Assembly: GCA_026025075.1 (NCBI GenBank)
Contig: JAPEUI010000102.1
Span: 1-57,071 of the forward strand
Length of the DNA stretch: 57,071 nucleotides
Direction: 5' to 3'
DNA from: Vezdaea acicularis
Lineage: Eukaryota
This document shows positions 48,933-57,071 of this stretch, in pieces. The position numbers were made by a program, and so were the translations under genes. Position 1 is the stretch's first letter, and every line of letters starts with the position of its first letter. The notes beneath the pieces were generated by a model that saw only the letters and a program-made list of their open reading frames with translations, was not told where the DNA came from and did no database searches.

Positions 48933-49953
48933 TCATCGAGGAAAGTAACCAGGGAAGAGCCATTCAAGCCTTTCAATTGCCTCTTTTGACCTCGCTTGTG
49001 GAGCGGTTATACCTGCGGACCCTTTGGTCATCCCTTCCAAGTGCTTCGCTTCAACCAGGTTTTTATGGCGAGGGTCTGACAACTCTGTGAGTACGCTTCT
49101 TAATAAGGTCTTTGCTTGATCTGCATTCGCCTTCATGTTGCCCATTACCATCTCAACAGTGACTACCTCGTTTGTCTCATGCCAACAATCATAGTCAGTA
49201 GACATACAGACCATCTGGTAGGCAATCTCGGCCTCGCGAGCGAGCTTTGCTTCAGGTAGTGCTGACATGTTGATCACCGACCCTCCCCACAATCGATACA
49301 TATTACTTTCTGCTCGAGTTGAGAACTGGGGTCCTTCTGTTCAAGGAATGAGAAAATCGCCAGTGAATTTAAATGACGCCTGACTTACCCATACATATCA
49401 GAGTTCCTTTTTCATGTAAAGTAACATCCTGGATACTAGAACTGCACTGCGCAATCACTTTTGCAAGGCCCTTGTCAAATGGGTCAGCGAAGCCCACGTG
49501 CCCAACCATTCCCCCTTCGAAGAAAGTGAATGGTCGAAAGTGTTTAGTACGGTCAATGATCTGATCAGGGACCAAGAAATCCCTTGGCTTGACCTCTTCT
49601 TGCAGGCTGCCTACAGCAGAGAAAGCGATGATCGTGCGAACGCCAATAGACCGAAGAGCGGCAATGTTGGCACGAGAGGGGACTTCATGTGGTGCAAACT
49701 CATGGTGAAGGCCGTGACGGGAAATGAAGGCAATTGCGGTTTCATTATGCTCGAGAATTGAAACTGGAGATGAGGGTTTGCCCCAAGGAGTTGTTATATC
49801 GAGATATGCTACTACCGTGAATGAGGGAAGTTCTTGGAGGCCTGTCCCGCCAATCACAGCAATAGTGACAGGTCCTTATTATTGTCAGAATACAAGAGGT
49901 CAGAAAAAGGCGAAATGAGGATTACTTGAATAAGTAGAAGGGATTTCCGCCAT
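48933..49953 (-). CDS. MEU1: 5'-methylthioadenosine phosphorylase, three exons
   Basis: IAVIGGTGL, TPWGKPS, RHG, RANIAALR, SAVGSLQEE, EGPQFSTRAES, INMSALPEAKLAREAE, STDYDCW. Confidence 0.96.
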
Positions 49954-50499
49954 GCTGGAAACCCTGGCAGCCCACTTGTTCTACGGAAAGCTATTGCTTC
50001 TGCTGCAATATCGATATCCAAGCTGATAAAATGGTTTGCTCGGCCTATGTTTCAGTTTCGTTGTCTTGTGTTGAGTTTCGGACCCCCAATCTTGTTTTCG
50101 TGGAGCTAATGTTGATTCACTGAATCTGTGATGGGCGATTTGATTATGAATGCTTGAGCAACTACCAAAAATGTTGGGTTACAATTGACAGGAGACCTCG
50201 AAAATTATGGGACTACCTTTGGCTGACCTTCTAGCACAAATCGCGTTCATGCATCGCTCGAGATTTCTGAAGTTAGGTTCTATTTGAATTAAGGTGTTAA
50301 GTTATATTGCTGAAGTGCTTGTTTAATAGTAGGAAGGGTATCAAACGCTGTTGTCACTTTCCGCCAGGGACCATGACTACAGCTAATAGAGACATCTTTG
50401 AACGCCGTATACTTCGAAATCAATTACTTGCAGCCAGAGATCCACCCACCATTCCCGCGCTAGCAATTGGAATTTGCCCAAGCCTCATGCAGAACTTCA

Positions 50500-51220
50500 T
50501 CACTGGCCTAGCCTCTTTATCAAACTAGCCCCCTTAGATGCGTCGTTCATCAATGGTGACACCACTACTTCCACTTCTCTCATTCGCTGGCTGAAATCTC
50601 CATGTGATTGTGGACTACAATCTTGAGTTTCAAGAGTGTGAGTCTCGTCTTCGTAGGCTTGCTGCGACAATGTCTCAGAGGAGCGAGCTAGTAACCTTGC
50701 ATACGTAGATTTCTTGCCCGAAGGATCTTGATGGCTTGGTTGAGGGGCAACAGATAGATGTGTAGCACTGGGCGAGTGCGTGACTGACGAAGATTGTATG
50801 TAAGGTACGCTTATATGATTCGTGAAGTTGCCAGAAGATTGGAGAGCGTAAATGTCGAAAAGGTGACTATTCAAATATCGAATTAGCTTCGGATATACCT
50901 AGTAGAATACAAGGGCATTACACACTCTCCAGCAGCTGCGAGAATACCCGCTAATGCCCTGTTCTCTCTATCTCTTTCCTCTTGCTCAACTAAACCTCCT
51001 TGTATGTCATTGGCCCCTAGTCCATTGATGCCGCCGTTGCCGTTGTTAAAGCTGCCATAATTGCCGTTTTGTCCGGCATAAAGTAAACCAGCTGACTCCG
51101 AAGACTAAGAACTGTTATCTTTCATGTCTATAAGGTTGGAGCAAATTGGGTCGTTACATTGTTGTAACCGCCTGCTCGACCACTACGTCGCCTGCTCAAG
51201 CAAGAAGCACAAGCACCCAT
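50500..51220 (-). CDS. Probable EGO complex anchor subunit (Ego1/Meh1, LAMTOR1-like), three exons
   Basis: Manually spliced using introns 51105-51157 and 50867-50925, with phases consistent: MGACASCLSRRR...SSESAGLL...YGS...ERDRENRALAGILAAAGDHLFDIYAL... It has an N-terminal Gly2/Cys acylation motif and an ExxxLL dileucine. The 3' end is uncertain. Confidence 0.72.
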
Positions 51221-51740
51221 TGCGTCAAACGTGTTTGGAAAGGAAGCGTAGGCAGCCCCTTGTCCGTAGCCTTAGTCGAGGTTCTGCATGCCGCGAGGCG
51301 AGAGAAGGACCGCAATGGTGTTGAGGTGAACAAAGCTAACGTGGGTATGCCCCTCGTGGAGGACAAACCAGAAGTGCAGAAATTTGATGCGGGATTTCAA
51401 GCTCTCGTTTGGGACTCGGTATGCTTTTCTTCTCAGCACGTTTTTGCTTATGCGATAGCTGCGGGAGCAGGCCCGGGGGTACCCACTAGCGTCGGAGCGC
51501 CCTCGGATTTCTCCGGTTAGTTGTCGATTGGCTAGATTTCGGTCAATTCTGGACGTTGCCACAATAAGCTTTTCTACCACACTTTTTTTCTCCAATGTGA
51601 CTACGTCCAGAATGTTCATCACATTTCTTTCCAGACTTATGGTGCTAAAAAGTGACTGGTGATTCTCCTAGCCATCATCTCAAGTAGAGTTAAATTTGAA
51701 TGGTGGATCTCTGATATACCAGCAAGTCCTTGTTTCCGCC

Positions 51741-52960
51741 ATGGTCCTTGAAGCTATCCGCTACACTTCGGGAGATCTCCAAATCCTTGACCAGCTCCAA
51801 CTTCCTTACATTGAAGTATTTGAACCTATTCATAATGCCGCACAAGCATGGCATGCAATTAGGGATATGCGTGTTCGTGGCGCTCCAGCAATTGCTATTG
51901 TTGCGGCCCTCGGCCTAGCTGTGCAACTATCGAGGTCATCTAAAAAGTTTGAAAGGGCAAGCTTAGCTAAGACCACAATAGAAGATAACCTCAATTACCT
52001 TGTAACAAGTCGACCAACTGCTGTGAACCTTGCTGACGCAGTGGGTAAGTTGAAGGCTATCGTGCTCAAAGAATCAAAGCGTGATGAAGCTACGGGCACC
52101 TCAATCAAAGCAGTTTATATAAAGGCTGCGGAGTCCATGCTCAAGGACGATATTGAGGATAACAAAGCTATTGGAAATCTAGGCGCTGCCTGGATAGTGG
52201 CGCAATCGGAATTAACTGATCGTAAAGGGGTGGATAAGAGCGAAAACAAGCTTTCGGTCCTTACACATTGCAATACTGGGTATACTCTGCGTTGAAGATA
52301 TTTATCACACGATTATTGCTGATAATACCCTAAAGGTCACTCGCTACAGCTGGGTATGGCACAGCCTTGGGCATTGTCCGATCGCTGCATGAGTCGACGC
52401 ATTTGCTCCGCGCTTATTGTACTGAAACTCGACCCTACAACCAGGGGGCACGGCTGACAGCGTATGAGCTGGTTCACGACAAAATACCGGCAACACTAAT
52501 AACGGACTCCATGGCTGCAAGTCTCCTCTCGTCGCGCAAAGATAGTGACCGATTGGTAGCTGTGGTGGTGGGCGCTGACCGTGTTGCAGCAAATGGAGAT
52601 ACTGCAAATAAGATTGGTACGTTAGGGCTTGCGGTGATAGCTCGACAGTACGGGGTGAAGTTTGTGGTGGCTGCGCCAAGAACTACAATTGATCGAACTA
52701 CAAAGCAAGGCGCCGATATTGTTGTTGAAGAGAGGGCCGCTAGTGAAGTGACCTGCATTAAAGGCCAAGTGCTCGGGGAACAGAGGGTTGAGACTATTGA
52801 GACAGCCGCGAAAGGCATAGATGTCTGGAATCCAGCTTTTGATATAACACCAGCTGAACTTATTGATGCTGTGGTGACCGAAGTGGGGGTAGTCGAAAAG
52901 GTTAAGGGGCAGTCATTCCAATTTGACGATATCTTCAAGAAGGCGAGGACCTCGTCGTAA
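51741..52960 (+). CDS. MRI1: Methylthioribose-1-phosphate isomerase, two exons
   Basis: [80 protein letters not shown]. Intron ~52280-52335. Confidence 0.97.
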
Positions 52961-53246
52961 TGCAATAAAAAGTAAAACTCTTTAAAGACACTACTAAGGC
53001 TGGAAATTAGTAGAAGGGTCTGTGATGAGAGAAATCAACCATGAAAATGATGCAATCATGCTGGTATGTGAAAGGATTTTGGGAACCCTACATGGTGCCA
53101 GGCGCGTATGGAAGACATTAGATACGCGAAGGACGCCAAGACGTTGTGCAACCAATATCGCTTCATTTGAAATAATTTCATAGCGCCTCTAAAGCTAGAT
53201 TGAAGCGAATAGAATTGCTTGGTGCCTCCGAAGGTTTAAAGTTGAT

Positions 53247-54521
53247 CTATGTATTCCAGATCACTACCCTTCCATCAACGCCACTCGCTACGTCATGTTA
53301 GCATGAAACAACAGAATGATCAGTATATCTAAGATACTCACTGCTAAACTTTTGTACCGCACCCCCTGATTCTGCATAGCTCCTGATCGTAGCTATCGTG
53401 TTCTGATGCACAGTCTTTAGCTGCGTATCATCCTTTACCTTGCCCTTCAAGTCCATCTGTTTGAACATGTTCAAAGCAGACTCTTCCCGGACAGTACCCA
53501 TTCCTGGTCTCCCTTTCGATTCAATAGACCCAATAAGATGCCAACCTTGGTCAGTTCCTTGTAGTCTTAAAGGCTCGCAGTCCTAAGCATGACTGATGAG
53601 TCTGCATTCCAGGTTGTATACAGTAATGAATGTCTACTTACATATCCTGCAGCAATTATCTCATTTTCCGTGCTCCAAATGAGGCTTTGAAATGGTAAGA
53701 GTTGCAAATAGACGCTGACGATTGCCCTTGGTGGCTCGTCCGGTCCCCCGGGGTAGACCACGGTTACACTGCTATCATGGGCGGCAAATGCCAATGCGTC
53801 TCCGCTGGGAGAAAAGGCAACAGAATGAATCCACCCGTTGGAGTTATTCAGAAATTCGCCACAGACTGTTCCGAATGGAAGCTTTGCGCCCCATGGGCTG
53901 CCCTCTGGTCTGACATCCGCCCCTTTCAAGAAGCTTGACAAAACTCGGGCATGCGAATCAGTAGATCCAGCCGCAAGAAGCACCGAGTTTGGATGCCAGG
54001 CAACGGTAGTAACAGTGCTTTTGATGGGCCTTTTCAAATGTTTTGAGACCCACCAATCGTTTTCCTTTTCAAAATAACATATTGCAATGACACGAGCCCC
54101 CGAGGCTACTGCAAATTTCTCCTCGTTGGGAGACCAGCGGACAAAAGTTGCTGCTCTATTGATCCTAAGTAGTACCAGTGTCGGTTTCCAGCCTGTTGCA
54201 GAAGGTTCCCAAACAAGTGCATTGCGGTCTATAGGTATGTTTCAGTCTAAACATTATCTGGAAGACAGTCGTGAATTGAGTGCCCCATCATGTCCTACCT
54301 TGAGAGCACGTAACAATTTTACCCGTTCGTGGTGCAATATCTACGCCAGTCACAGTCTTATCATGACCCTTAAGCTCATCCTTAAGAGTAAATTTATCTC
54401 CAGAACGTCCATAGAGCTCGACGTTATTGTCGCGAGCAACCGCTAGGGTTCGTCTATCAGCAGAGAAGGAGTGATCAGCAATTGGATGATGAAACAAATG
54501 ATGAACCTCAGGAGCAGCCAT
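53247..54521 (-). CDS. ARC40: Arp2/3 complex WD40 subunit ARPC1, multi-exon
   Basis: LKGHDKTVTGVD, IVTCSQDRNA, WKPTLVLLRINRAAT, NDWWVSKHLKRPIKST, WHPNSVLLAAGSTD, HQNTI, SGVDGRVVIW. Confidence 0.96.
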
Positions 54522-54774
54522 TTAGCACTGAGTATCTGAAAGAGAATCTTAGAGCAGTGGTAGGAGTATAGCGCTCTACTACCACTGATCTAGTTAAGGG
54601 TATGGTTGTTGAGTAATACACCTCGTACACCGGCATGGCGGGGTCGTGATTCGCGAAAATATTGCTGACTAACAGTAAGAACCTCATTCATTGGCTTAGA
54701 TATTTAAGAATAATCCGCAACGGTAGTTGAGCACCACTACCGAAGTAGCATTTATTGTAAGAGTGGCTGGAAAT

Positions 54775-55506
54775 ATGGCTTCAAAATCTGCGAATTCTAG
54801 GCCAGGACAGCCCGTAAACAAGTCTACCCTTCCCTCTGCAGCCCCAAATCAGTCGTAAGGCATATGTAACCTCCAAGGGTGATTCGCCTGCTGACAACGT
54901 GCAAATAATATAGGCTCTACTGCACAAATCTTCCAGACAAGCTCCAGAAACAAGATCTCAGACTATCGCTGTATGCTTTGTTTAGTACTTACGGGCCTGT
55001 TCTTGACGTCGTTGCTCTTAAGACGCCTAAAATGCGCGGCCAGGCACATATTGTTTTCCGCGACATTCAAGCAAGCACCCAAGCAATGAGAGCTTTACAA
55101 GGCTTTGAGTTCTTTGGAAAAGAGATGGTGAGATCTCCTCTAGCACTTCAACACTTTGAGCACTGATATATGTAACGTAAAGATAATCCAATATGCAAGA
55201 AAACAATCAAATATTCTCTCGAAACTTAGTGGGGAATTCACAATGCCAGCAGCTGCTGGTAGTGAAGTCACCGCCACAGAGCTCCAACAAAGCATATTCA
55301 ATGCTCCACCTGGCTCAATGAATGCTATTGAGCCTACGCCAGGCGCTGGTAGGACACTGAAGCCACCAACCCTGGCTGAAGGAGCGAAAAGCCCTCAAGG
55401 TGTGAAAAGAGCAAGGGAAGAGAATGATGAGGATGAAGAAGACGTTCCAATGGACGAAGATGATGACGGAGACGCACCAATGGAGGACTCCAGTGAGGAA
55501 GACTAA
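54775..55506 (+). CDS. U2 snRNP B''/U1A-family RRM protein, three exons
   Basis: PNQS|LYCTNLPDKLQKQDLRLSLYALFSTYGPVLDVVALKTPKMRGQAHIVF. The DVVALKT loop resembles U2B'' more than U1A. Acidic tail. Confidence 0.9.
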
Positions 55507-55681
55507 CGTCTAAGTTAAGAATACTACGGATGGTGTATTCGGCCGCCGGCTTGTGACAAACGCTTCCTGGTTCGCGTCCTCTACAGCTATTGTAGGAAAT
55601 CAATGCAGTTAGCAATGGGTTTTATGAGAAGTTGACCGTTCACTTCATAAAGGTCGTGAACGATCCAGGAAAGAAAACCCC

Positions 55682-56598
55682 TCAGGTTCCGGTTGATTCG
55701 CTCCCAACAACGATCTTCGCCAAATCCATAGGAACGAACAGCCCGACGGCAGCGCCAACCACTCCAAGCCACTTCAAGAGGTAGCAATCAAGAGTAGCTC
55801 CAGACTCCCCACAGACTTCGGTCATTGCTTGACTAGTCTGGCATGGATGGAGGAAAAAACACGGGATATCAGTGGAAGGATGATTGCCCATAGTGATACC
55901 GCCCATTACTCCTGTTGATTCTAGACTTGGACGCAATACCCAGGGAACAAGGTGCGCGTATAGACTAGATATAGAATCAAGAGAATGAGAGGGAAGTATA
56001 TAGAGAACAGGAACCTGGTACGAAGGAGAATACATGACATTGAAAGTCATGGTAAATGCGGCGTTTGTGGACAGAAGTTCCTCCTATATTAGTGAGATAA
56101 AAGAAGTGACCTTTACTAAGTAATAACACACCTCGTCGTCGTCTAAAACATTTTCCTCTCCGGGAGATGGGTCATAGCCTATGTTTTCTTGACGGGCGTC
56201 TTTTGTACTAACATGTACGTGATCGGCGCCTCCAAACCGGCTTTTTAAATTGTTGTGCGTTAACATGCACTTTATAGAAAGCTGTGTTTCACTTTCCTGA
56301 AATGGGTCAGTACTACTCGTATACTATGATAAATTAGATGCACGGGTTAGAATGAACAAGTAGCAACATTGGAAGACGGTTAAGTTGTGGCACACAGATC
56401 CGCTCTTACCTTTTGGGTGACCCGAAGATCAATCCAGCTTCTGAGATCACCATTTCCGTTATTCACCCATTGCCACGCACCCTCTAGATGTTCACAAGAC
56501 CTGGCAAATTCCAATCGATTAAGAAAGGGAAAATTCTCGATTTCAAGTGATAGAGCATCGGGGAGCTTGCGTGTGCAATCCTCATTGATATTCGCCAT
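55682..56598 (-). CDS. ATG10: Autophagy E2-like enzyme Atg10, multi-exon
   Basis: FPFL...EFARSC at the N-terminus, YSPSYQVPVLY, catalytic FFLHPCQT, YLLKWLGVVG..VGL. Confidence 0.88.
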
Positions 56599-56945
56599 AT
56601 TTGTAATCGAAAACGCGCTCGTGCAACGGAGAACAACAGTAGAAAACTCAATCAAAGGTAGTGTCAAAAGTAGAATAGGCCGTACGCTTGGATAAGCTCT
56701 ATCTTGACCATTAAAAATGCGTGTATATCAGGCAGATGCAAACCGGTTTGGGCTTTTGTGGGTCCTTGTTGATGTATTGTTGGGCTGGCCCGTCGGCCGT
56801 GTTAGAAATGGAGAACTGGTGAGCGCGAATGCGTTTTTGGGACGTATAGGGAACCTGCCATTTATCTTGTCTGATTGGTGTGCCACACCCCGATTGTTGC
56901 GATGTTAAGCTTATTTTACCCATTTTTTTTTCGCGCGAGTACACA

Positions 56946-57071
56946 TAGGGTTAGGGTTAGGGTTAGGGTTAGGGTTAGGGTTAGGGTTAGGGTTAGGGTT
57001 AGGGTTAGGGTTAGGGTTAGGGTTAGGGTTAGGGTTAGGGTTAGGGTTAGGGTTAGGGTTAGGGTTAGGGT
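56946..57071 (+). repeat. Telomere, (TTAGGG)n
   Basis: TAGGG followed by 20 perfect TTAGGG units to the window end, with the G-rich strand running 5'->3' outward. Confidence 0.99.

Noticed and set aside
2445..55506. Apparent enrichment of RNA-processing genes (HCNGP-like, PNO1, PRP39, PRP28, ABD1, U2B'')
   Set aside because: They are dispersed among unrelated housekeeping genes, which is compatible with chance.

Overview
This is the terminal 57 kb of a chromosome arm from a filamentous ascomycete (inferred Pezizomycotina). It is gene-dense, has mostly 45-85 nt GT-AG introns, and ends in a (TTAGGG)n telomere at 56946-57071. About 23 protein genes are recognisable. Housekeeping genes: MET22, MRPL6, HCNGP/SAP30BP-like, KAR5, PRE7, MDM31, PNO1, PRP39, DPH4, MRPL25, PRP28, PEX11, ABD1, RPN7, MEU1, MRI1, ARC40, U2B''-like and ATG10. 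Signalling genes: a phytochrome and a second hybrid histidine kinase. An accessory-like block at about 27.6-43.4 kb holds the second kinase, an MDR dehydrogenase, an MFS transporter and a CaaX microprotein. Main observations: (1) The phytochrome is head-to-head with a gene encoding a catalytically degenerate flavoprotein domain, an F-box-like motif and ankyrin-like repeats, suggesting a flavin-sensing SCF adaptor analogous to plant ZTL/FKF1. (2) A highly base-paired non-coding segment at about 4.76-5.36 kb has several telomerase-RNA-like elements. (3) A spliced 59-aa Cys-rich ORF ends in a CaaX box. (4) A three-exon EGO1/LAMTOR1-like gene, mostly missed by the ORF track, lies between MEU1 and MRI1, which catalyse consecutive methionine-salvage steps. 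(5) There is essentially no subtelomere. All calls come from reading motifs by eye. No searches or folding programs were run, and intron boundaries are manual predictions.
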